A stretch of DNA of 60,192 bases, filler included. It is 5 parts of 5 records of this genome, joined end to end, with 100 filler letters (N's around TTAATTAATTAA, not from the genome) between each part and the next. Parts side by side here need not be neighbours in the genome. Positions count along the whole stretch, not along the records: positions 47,199 to 60,192 come from SRR31147125_27968; 4 more parts are not named here. One strand, 5' to 3'. The position numbers were made by a program, and so were the translations under genes. Below are positions 52,885 through 60,192 of this stretch, in pieces; the stretch's first letter is position 1, and every line of letters starts with the position of its first letter. The notes beneath the pieces are model-generated. The model saw only the letters and a program-made list of their open reading frames with translations, was not told the origin of the DNA and ran no database searches.

Positions 52885-54651
52885 ATGACTTCGAAACAAG
52901 GTGTAGCGGAAACACTGTATCCCCTTCTCATAGCCGTGGCCATTGGTGTTCTTGCAGGTCTGGGTGCCGTGCTCTTCCGCATGCTTATCAGTTTTGAGAT
53001 CGATTTACTGTGGCCGGATGGCGCCAATTTTGTAGAAAGTTACTCGAAAGCCCATTGGGCGTGGCGTCTGGCGGCACCGATGCTCGCCGGTTTGCTCATC
53101 AGCCCCCTGATTTTTCGCGCTGCACCCGAGGTGAGAGGCCCGGGGGTTTCTGAGGTCATCAAGGCTCTCAGCCTTAAGGACGGCGTTATCCGCCGCCGGG
53201 TTACCCTGCTTAAAAGCTTTGCAACCGCGACCTTTATTGCATGCGGGTGTTCCGTTGGCCGTGAAGGGCCAATCGTACACATTGGTGCCTCAATCGGTTC
53301 CTCGGTTACCCAGTTCCTGCGACTGGGGCCGGATAAACGAAAACTGGCTATCGCGTGCGGCGCAGCTGCAGGCATTGCAGCCACATTTCAGGCTCCAATG
53401 ACCGGGACCATGTTTGCGGTCGAAATACTCCTTTTTGACCTGGAAGTCGCATCGCTTTCAAACATCGTCATTGCCTCCGTGACCGGAACCGTTGTGGCCA
53501 CAACGGTGGGGTCGAATGAAGCAATTTTCCACATCCCCTTCTTTACCCTTTCTCATCCCGGTGAGCTGCTCCTCTATGTCCTCCTGGGTCTGACTACCGG
53601 CCTGTTCAGTTTGCTTTTCATGGCGTATATTTTCTCGCTGCCGAGACTGTTCAGCACGCTGCGCATCCCGCAATGGCTTGCGCCTGCAGCAGCAGGGCTG
53701 GCTGTCGGAGGAATCGGCCTCTTCTGCCCTCAGGCTCTGGGCGTGGGTTATGAAACCATCAATGAGGTCCTGAGCAGTCAGAGTGTCCTTGGCGTAGTTG
53801 CGCTGATATTCATAGCCAAGATTGTCACTACCGGCCTCTGTGTCGGCTCAGGCATGAGCGGCGGGGTCTTCGCCCCTTCCCTCTTTATCGGCGCAATGCT
53901 TGGCTGCCTGTTTGGTCATGTCGCTACCCTCTTCTGGCCTGACATGCCCCTTTCTCCAGCACATTACGGCTTGATAGGAATGGGGGCGTTTGTTGCAGGC
54001 ACAACGCTTGCCCCGATAACAGCAATCCTGACTATCTTTGAATTAACCTATAACTACCAGGTTGTATTACCCTTGATGGCGGCCTGCATTCCCAGCCTTG
54101 TTGTCGTTCGCCTGGTCCATGATTTTTCAATCTACGAGACAAAACTTCTCACTCAGGGTATCCGGATCGTACGGGGTCGTGACGCCAATCGACTTCGGTC
54201 ATTAAAAGTGAAAAACACCATGTGTGAAGAGTATGAGTTTCTCAGGACATCGACACCATTTCATGAGTTGGTAAAAATGGTTCTGCATAGTCCGTTTCCT
54301 CATTTCATGGTACTCGACGAAAAAGATTTTCTCGTCGGGGTGCTCAGCCTGCGAGACATTAGAAGCAGGCTGGCAGACCCCGATTACACGGGTGATGAAG
54401 AAGTCGCGGCCGACATCATGACAAAAGATGTTATTACCGTGCGTGAAGACCAGAATCTCGAAAATGCCTTCAAGCTGTTTTCTCAAGGGAACTTTTCATT
54501 TTTACCGGTTTTGAGCAAAACACAATCAAACAAGGTTGTCGGATATCTGAAAAAAGATGATTTGCTGAATTCATATGAACAACATATCTTGAGAGGACAG
54601 GTGCGTCCGGCAAACCCGTGGGTCTCTCCCATCTCCAAATCTCTGAGATAA
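52885..54651 (+). CDS. ClC family anion channel/transporter with CBS pair
   Basis: GPGVSE; GREGP; GGVFAP; SIYE; C-terminal CBS domains. Confidence 0.92.
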   Translation: MTSKQGVAETLYPLLIAVAIGVLAGLGAVLFRMLISFEIDLLWPDGANFVESYSKAHWAWRLAAPMLAGLLISPLIFRAAPEVRGPGVSEVIKALSLKDGVIRRRVTLLKSFATATFIACGCSVGREGPIVHIGASIGSSVTQFLRLGPDKRKLAIACGAAAGIAATFQAPMTGTMFAVEILLFDLEVASLSNIVIASVTGTVVATTVGSNEAIFHIPFFTLSHPGELLLYVLLGLTTGLFSLLFMAYIFSLPRLFSTLRIPQWLAPAAAGLAVGGIGLFCPQALGVGYETINEVLSSQSVLGVVALIFIAKIVTTGLCVGSGMSGGVFAPSLFIGAMLGCLFGHVATLFWPDMPLSPAHYGLIGMGAFVAGTTLAPITAILTIFELTYNYQVVLPLMAACIPSLVVVRLVHDFSIYETKLLTQGIRIVRGRDANRLRSLKVKNTMCEEYEFLRTSTPFHELVKMVLHSPFPHFMVLDEKDFLVGVLSLRDIRSRLADPDYTGDEEVAADIMTKDVITVREDQNLENAFKLFSQGNFSFLPVLSKTQSNKVVGYLKKDDLLNSYEQHILRGQVRPANPWVSPISKSLR

Positions 54652-54722
54652 TGTGCAACACTCACCCGGTCTACTCTTGACTTCATAATCGAGTCTCCGC
54701 TGAATTTCTGGAGCTGAGCTCC

Positions 54723-54772
54723 CAACAAATTGTTGTTCAATAATTGACATTTATCGTAGTGGCCGGTAGATT
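54723..54772 (+). promoter_or_regulatory. Sigma70-type promoter with adjacent palindrome
   Basis: CAACAA-A-TTGTTG (54723-54735); TTGACA (54744) - 17 nt - TAGATT (54767). Confidence 0.55.
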
Positions 54773-54865
54773 CGACAGGAATATCCCTGTCACCGATATG
54801 TCGGGAGGGACCTTCACAATTCTCCTGCCGACCCGGGTACACTAAATCCGAGCTGCGAGATTGTT

Positions 54866-56581
54866 ATGAAATTACTTGTGGGCTTGTCACTCCTTGTTTT
54901 TCTGGCCGGAATCTCCTATAGAATCTACGGCTGGGTTTCGCACACGATCCTCTCTGCACACACGACTGCCGTCTCCAGCCGGCCCGCCGCCGCACTGAAA
55001 GCGTTGTTCGGTACACTCCTGAGTGGGAGGTTGGTCACCGTCGTCAAAACATTTTTTACCGATGTCCTGTTCCAGAAGCGGCTGCTTGCGAAATCCACCC
55101 TGCGCTGGGTCGCTCACTGCCTGATCTTTTTCGGGTTCATTCCGCTGCTCTTGATGCACGGCCTGGGCACCGGCTTCAGCACGTTCCTGTTCGACGGATA
55201 TGAGTCGACGCTGCAACCCTTCCTGAGCCTGCGCAACCTGTTCGGGCTGATGGTCCTGGTCGGCGTCTGTATTGCGCTGTACCGGAGACTGACCGACAAA
55301 CCGCAGAGAGTGAAAAGTTATGCGAGCGACTGGGTTTCGCTGGCGCTGGTAGGGGCGATTGTGCTCACCGGTATGATCCTCGAGAGCTCGAAAATCGCTT
55401 CCTACGATGCATTCGTAACAATGGCGGAGGATTACGGGGATATCACCGAGGCGGAGGAGTTGCTGCCCCTGGAAACCTATTGGGCTGCCGAGCACGGGCT
55501 GAAGTCGCCCAACGCGGTCAAACCGTTTGATCCCGCATTGATAGAGGAGGGGCGCGAGATCAGTGTCGACACCTGCATGGATTGCCATGCGCCGGCGTCT
55601 CAGGCCTTCGTGAGTTTTCCGCTGGCCAGAGTGGTGGGTCCGATTGCGGCGGCTCTTGGCGATGGATCGATCGTCTCACTGCTGTTCTGGATTCATATCC
55701 TCTGCTGTCTTGGCCTGCTGGCCTGGCTGCCGTTTTCGAAGATGTTTCATGTAATCAGCGCCCCGACCTCGCTACTGATCAACGGCGTGATGGGATTCAA
55801 GGAGCCGGGCGGCGACCCTGCCAACGTACTCAACAGGCGCATGATCGGCCTGTCCGCCTGTACTCACTGCGGAGCCTGCAGTGAACTCTGCTCGTCACTG
55901 ATGTTCTACGAATCGTTTCAGAACAACTTCATCCTGCCGTCGGAGAAGGTCCAGATCCTGAAGCAGGCGGCCGCCGGTAAGCAGATCGACCGGGACACAC
56001 TGAGTAATCTGCAGAAAGGACTCTATATCTGTACCAGCTGCGACCGCTGCTCCGAGGTCTGCCCGTCCGGCATCAACCTGCGGGACCTGTTCGTCAGCTC
56101 ACGATATGAGCTGTTGCAGCAGGGGATTCCCGAGACATCGATGTGGAGCCATTTTTCCTTCCCGCTGTCGCTGACCAGGAACTTCATCGACGATCACCGC
56201 AGCGCGTTGAAGAAACTGGAGATCATCTTCAGCGACTCGTTCACGCGACTCAAGGATCTCACGACAATAACCATCGGAGACCCTGCCCGGGTCGGCACCA
56301 ACAGTTACCAGGGCTGCTACTCCTGTCAGCGCTGCACCAATATCTGCCCGGTGGTCCGGCTCTATGATGACCCGGTCGAGAAACTCGACATGCTTCCCCA
56401 CCAGATTATCTTCAGCCTCGGCATCGGCAACAAGGATATCGCGGTGGGCTCGCAGATGATCTGGAGCTGCTCGACCTGCTACCTGTGCCAGGAGCACTGC
56501 CCGAACCAGGTGGAGCTCACCGATATTTTCTACAACCTCAAGAACGAGGCCCTCAAGAAAATAGAAGGAGGTCGCGCATGA
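54866..56581 (+). CDS. Fusion protein: NarI/HdrE-like membrane domain + CxxCH loop + two HdrC-like 2[4Fe-4S] domains
   Basis: His pairs AH..MH and IH..SKMFH; CMDCH; four CxxCxxCxxxC motifs. Confidence 0.82.
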   Translation: MKLLVGLSLLVFLAGISYRIYGWVSHTILSAHTTAVSSRPAAALKALFGTLLSGRLVTVVKTFFTDVLFQKRLLAKSTLRWVAHCLIFFGFIPLLLMHGLGTGFSTFLFDGYESTLQPFLSLRNLFGLMVLVGVCIALYRRLTDKPQRVKSYASDWVSLALVGAIVLTGMILESSKIASYDAFVTMAEDYGDITEAEELLPLETYWAAEHGLKSPNAVKPFDPALIEEGREISVDTCMDCHAPASQAFVSFPLARVVGPIAAALGDGSIVSLLFWIHILCCLGLLAWLPFSKMFHVISAPTSLLINGVMGFKEPGGDPANVLNRRMIGLSACTHCGACSELCSSLMFYESFQNNFILPSEKVQILKQAAAGKQIDRDTLSNLQKGLYICTSCDRCSEVCPSGINLRDLFVSSRYELLQQGIPETSMWSHFSFPLSLTRNFIDDHRSALKKLEIIFSDSFTRLKDLTTITIGDPARVGTNSYQGCYSCQRCTNICPVVRLYDDPVEKLDMLPHQIIFSLGIGNKDIAVGSQMIWSCSTCYLCQEHCPNQVELTDIFYNLKNEALKKIEGGRA

Positions 56582-57522
56582 AACTGGCTTTCTTTCAGGG
56601 GTGTAATATACCGATAAGGATCGAGCAGTACGCGGTATCGGCGACGGCGGTCCTGGACAAGCTGGGAGTGCAGCTCGAGGAAATCGAGACCTTCACCTGC
56701 TGCGGATACCCGGTCAGGAACGTGGACGAGAAGGCGTACATCATCCCGTCGGTAAGAAACCTCGCGATTGCCGAGCAGAAAGGGCTCGACATCATGGTCC
56801 TGTGCAACTGCTGTTTTGCCAGTCTGCAAAAGGCCAAATCCGTCATGCAGGGAAATCCGGCACTGGCCTCGGAGATCAATGAACTGCTCGCGAAAGACGG
56901 TCTGAGCTACAGCGGGAAAACGGAGGTCAAACACTTCCTCACTGTTCTGCACGAAGATATCGGGCTTGAGACGATGAGAAAACAGCTGGTCAAGATGGTC
57001 AGCGACCTCAACCTCTCGGTGATCCACGGCTGCCACGTACTGCGCCCCCGCGAGGTGACCAGGTTCGATGACTCATTCGTACCGAGGATCACCGACGAGC
57101 TGCTCGCGTTAACTGGAGCGACAAGTCTCGACTGGCGCGGCAGACTTGAGTGTTGCGGGGCTGCGCTGGCCGGCATCAACAGCGACCTCGCCGATGCGCT
57201 CCTCAATGAAAAAGTTGACACCGCACTCGCCGCCGGCGCCGAGTTCATCATGCCGGTCTGCTCGTACTGCCACCTGCAGTTTGATACCACTCAGCCGGCG
57301 ATCCGGAAACAGGAAGCAGACCAGCCGGTAATACCGACACTGCTTTTACCGCAGTTGCTCGGTCTCTGCCTCGGAATCGACGAAAAAATCCTCGGACTGG
57401 AACAGAACACGACCATCGAGTCTACCCATGCGGAACAGATTCGTGCGCGACTCGGGCCACCGGTCGAAAAGAAAAAAGGAAGAAAAAACGGACACAGAAG
57501 GCCGCAGCCTGAATCAGGCTGA
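56578..57522 (+). CDS. hdrB: Heterodisulfide reductase subunit B-like protein (two CCG domains)
   Basis: FQGC; TCCG; CNCC; HGCH; ECCG; CSYCHLQFD; ATGA overlap with the upstream gene. Confidence 0.88.
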   Translation: MKLAFFQGCNIPIRIEQYAVSATAVLDKLGVQLEEIETFTCCGYPVRNVDEKAYIIPSVRNLAIAEQKGLDIMVLCNCCFASLQKAKSVMQGNPALASEINELLAKDGLSYSGKTEVKHFLTVLHEDIGLETMRKQLVKMVSDLNLSVIHGCHVLRPREVTRFDDSFVPRITDELLALTGATSLDWRGRLECCGAALAGINSDLADALLNEKVDTALAAGAEFIMPVCSYCHLQFDTTQPAIRKQEADQPVIPTLLLPQLLGLCLGIDEKILGLEQNTTIESTHAEQIRARLGPPVEKKKGRKNGHRRPQPESG

Positions 57523-57542
57523 CACGTTTGCGCAGAAGACAC

Positions 57543-57586
57543 AAGGAAGCAACCTCGGTTCACAGACCGATTGCTTCCTTTTTTTT
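57543..57586 (+). terminator. Intrinsic terminator after hdrB
   Basis: AAGGAAGCAA..TCGGT/ACCGA-TTGCTTCCTT stem followed by a T-run. Confidence 0.8.
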
Positions 57587-57655
57587 CAAACCAGTGCTTA
57601 TACTGATTTGCGGAAGAGATGAGACCCATAAAATCGTAAACATAACAGGAAGATC

Positions 57656-58414
57656 ATGAGTAAAGTAATCGCATTTGCGGGAAAGGGCGGAGTCGGAAAA
57701 ACCACGGTGGCAGCATTGGTCGTTCGCTCACTATCCAAAAACGGCCGAACACCCATTCTCGCCGTCGATGCAGACCCGAACAGCAACCTCGGCGAAACTC
57801 TGGGACTCGATGTGACCTCAACTATCGGCGACATCCGGGAAAATTTCATGCGCGACCCGCAGGGTATACCCTCCGGCATGGACAAGGCCGTCTATCTCGA
57901 AATGCTGGTCGAGCAAGCGCTGATCGAGAAATCCGCTTTCGACCTGCTGGTCATGGGACGCCAGGAAGGCCAGGGGTGTTACTGCATGGTCAACAACATC
58001 CTCCACAACTTCACCGAGAAGCTGTCTCAGGCATACCGCTACATGGTCGTCGACAACGAGGCCGGCATGGAGCACCTGAGCAGGCGCACCAGCGGCAAGG
58101 TAGACACACTCTTCTTAGTGACGGACTACTCCCTGCGCGGGCTCAGGGCATTGAAGCGCATCGGCGAGATGCTTGAAAGCCTCAAACTCGAGGTCGCGGA
58201 CCTGGGGATCGTCGTGACTCGTGCACCGGCTGAGCTCAACGAGAAGTTTCTTGCCGAAGTTGAAGAGATCGGGATACCGATCGTCGGCATCATTCCCGAC
58301 GACCCGGCCCTGCTCGACTTCGATATGGAAAAACGCTCACTGATGGAGTTGAATGACGACTCGCCGGCAGTTGTTGCCGTCGACTCACTGCTCGAAGAAA
58401 AGTGTCCGGCGTAG
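57656..58414 (+). CDS. cooC: CooC/AcsF-family Ni-insertion ATPase
   Basis: GKGGVGKTT; DADPNSNL; GCYC; DNEAGMEHLSR. Confidence 0.88.
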   Translation: MSKVIAFAGKGGVGKTTVAALVVRSLSKNGRTPILAVDADPNSNLGETLGLDVTSTIGDIRENFMRDPQGIPSGMDKAVYLEMLVEQALIEKSAFDLLVMGRQEGQGCYCMVNNILHNFTEKLSQAYRYMVVDNEAGMEHLSRRTSGKVDTLFLVTDYSLRGLRALKRIGEMLESLKLEVADLGIVVTRAPAELNEKFLAEVEEIGIPIVGIIPDDPALLDFDMEKRSLMELNDDSPAVVAVDSLLEEKCPA

Positions 58415-58457
58415 CTGCATTTTACCCGGGCCACAATGAGGAAACCGGAGGCTACCC

Positions 58458-58673
58458 ATGGGCCACGATGTCAGCGTCTTCACCCCTTATCCCTTCAGGG
58501 TCGGCCAGAAGATCCGCATAGAACAGTCTCGACGGGCGGGAGATTGGGAAGTCGCCTCCGTCGGGGAGCATTCCGTCACCCTGCGCTGTCCGATTTCCGG
58601 AAAAGAATTCGAATGGAATACATTCTGCTACCTGGTTGACGAAGAGCGGGACTCGATCTGGCCCCGCGACTGA
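58458..58673 (+). CDS. Small hypothetical protein (71 aa)
   Basis: GGAGG RBS; SH3-like pattern F.VGQKI.I..GDWEV. Confidence 0.6.
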   Translation: MGHDVSVFTPYPFRVGQKIRIEQSRRAGDWEVASVGEHSVTLRCPISGKEFEWNTFCYLVDEERDSIWPRD

Positions 58674-58742
58674 CGGACAGGCGCCGGCTCACATCTCATG
58701 CCGCCACCCTCACGGCAGCGGCTGCTTCCCGAAGGAGCTATC

Positions 58743-60128
58743 TTACATGCACAGCGCCGCATGAAGCGCTTTCTGTGCACCCGCAAACTGCTCCCTGTTG
58801 ACGATGAACTGCATATTGGTCTGACGGCTGGTCTGCGATACGGCGAGGATATTGATGCTGTCCCTGGCCAGTGCCTGAGTGGCTGTGGCCATAATTCCCG
58901 GCTGCCCGATATTGGATCCGATCGCACAGACAATGGCGACCGGGGTAGACGTGATCGTCTCGAACGAATCGCTGAGCTGGGCCAGCAGGTGAGGTGAGCA
59001 GTCACGTTCGAGGATGATCAGGTCGATGGTATTGGCGTTGGTCATCTTACTGATATAGGACACTTCGTGCCGGTCGAACACCGTCATGATCCGGCGGTCG
59101 AACCCGACCTCGCCGACCATCCGCGTGTCGTGAATCTCGAGACAGACGACCTTGTTCGAGCCGGTGACGATCTCCACCTTGGACTCCGGTGCGACGAAAT
59201 CTTTGGTGATCAACGTACCCGGGTGCTCGGGATCGAAAGCGTTCTTTATCCGGATCGGGGTCGAATTGATCTCGAGCGGTTTGGCGGACTTGGGATGAAT
59301 CGCCTCCATGCCGACGTCTGCAAGTTGATCGGCAACGTCGTAGTTCGTGGCGCAGACCGGGTGGGCAATATCCTCCCCCATCAGCAGCGGGTCTCCCGAG
59401 CAGAGGTGATACTCCTTGTGAATGATCGCCTCGCTGGCCCCAAGCATAATCGCTACCTTGGAGAAGGTCACCTCCGAGTATCCGCGGTCGAACTCCCGCA
59501 TGATCCCCTCTGTCCCCTTCGTGTATCCGGTTGCAAAACAGATGGTGGAGAACGGGTCGAGATGGTCGAAGCTGTCTTTGATACGCTGATCGATCGTCAA
59601 CTGCCTGCCGTCATCCCATCCGCTCAGGTCCACGAACGTCGCATCGTATCCCCGCCTCTGGAGAATGTTGGCCGAGTTGAACGCGCTGTGCATCTCGCCA
59701 AGCGATGCGAGCAGTTCGCGGGCGGCGAGCAGCAGTTCCCCACGCGACACGTAGCCGGATGCCAGCACATTTTCCATGGAGCGCAGGATGTTGATGGAAT
59801 GATCGATGCGATCGCCGATAAAGTCATTTGCGACATCGACATCGAGGCCGGCTTCCGCGAGTGTCTCATTGAATTCCACCAGCCGATCCCTGAGCGCCAG
59901 CATCTTACGGGGATAGTTATCCTGATCCTCGAACAGCTGATATATCCCCGCCTGGCCGGTCTTCTTGTGTTCAAGCAGGTCGTTGGTGACCCCGGCGTAG
60001 GCCGACACCACGTACACGCGGCCCAGTACGTCCTCAGGATCCCGCAGGATAATGTTCTCAAGTATTTCCGGAAAACGGGACATGGAGGTCCCGCCGATTT
60101 TCTCAACGCGAAGGTTATGTCGTTTCAT
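58743..60128 (-). CDS. ask: Aspartate kinase, ectoine-associated (Ask_Ect-like) subtype
   Basis: VEKIGGTSMS; VVSAYAGVT..LLEHKKTG; FDRGYSE; IHKEYHL; C-terminal ACT domains. Confidence 0.87.
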   Translation of the reverse strand: MKRHNLRVEKIGGTSMSRFPEILENIILRDPEDVLGRVYVVSAYAGVTNDLLEHKKTGQAGIYQLFEDQDNYPRKMLALRDRLVEFNETLAEAGLDVDVANDFIGDRIDHSINILRSMENVLASGYVSRGELLLAARELLASLGEMHSAFNSANILQRRGYDATFVDLSGWDDGRQLTIDQRIKDSFDHLDPFSTICFATGYTKGTEGIMREFDRGYSEVTFSKVAIMLGASEAIIHKEYHLCSGDPLLMGEDIAHPVCATNYDVADQLADVGMEAIHPKSAKPLEINSTPIRIKNAFDPEHPGTLITKDFVAPESKVEIVTGSNKVVCLEIHDTRMVGEVGFDRRIMTVFDRHEVSYISKMTNANTIDLIILERDCSPHLLAQLSDSFETITSTPVAIVCAIGSNIGQPGIMATATQALARDSINILAVSQTSRQTNMQFIVNREQFAGAQKALHAALCM

Positions 60129-60192
60129 GGCAATTCTGCAGATGTTTCCAAATTATCACGGTGATTCATCACCGTATCTTCCTAATCAGTTT

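Noticed and set aside
54887-55588. 233-aa minus-strand ORF
   Set aside because: Antisense to the Hdr fusion gene; composition typical of a shadow frame
59067-60164. 365-aa plus-strand ORF
   Set aside because: Antisense shadow of the GC-rich aspartokinase; no recognisable motifs

Overview
This window is not one locus. It is five unrelated contigs joined by artificial 100-bp spacers (44 N + TTAATTAATTAA + 44 N) at 11734, 23524, 41382 and 47099, so gene neighbourhoods only apply within a contig. (1) 1-11733, AT-rich, Bacteroidota-like: a tRNA 3' end and tyrosine integrase, then a polysaccharide utilization locus (PUL). The PUL has a membrane AraC regulator, SusC, SusD, a surface lipoprotein with three exact-period 100-aa repeats, GH79 and GH43. 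(2) 11834-23523: head and contractile-tail module of a Firmicutes-type myophage with PBSX Xkd-like genes, including a clear programmed -1 frameshift site in the tail assembly chaperone. (3) 23624-41381 and (4) 41482-47098: housekeeping DNA of probable FCB-related bacteria (KSB1/Calditrichota-like; inferred). Contig 3 carries an archaeal-style ferredoxin + geranylgeranyl reductase + CDP-alcohol phosphatidyltransferase gene string. (5) 47199-60192, GC-rich, Desulfobacterota-like: hdrA, radical SAM, 5-formyl-THF cyclo-ligase, lactonase, class III aminotransferase, a ClC with a GPGVS filter, a NarI-like/CxxCH/double-HdrC fusion plus HdrB, CooC, and an ectoine-type aspartokinase. About a dozen genes are split at homopolymer runs across all contigs, which points to sequencing indels rather than pseudogenes. 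The best novelty candidates are the membrane cytochrome b/c-HdrC-HdrB module, the bacterial Fd-GGR-phospholipid synthase string, and the triple-repeat PUL lipoprotein. All family calls come from motif recognition only; no searches were run.
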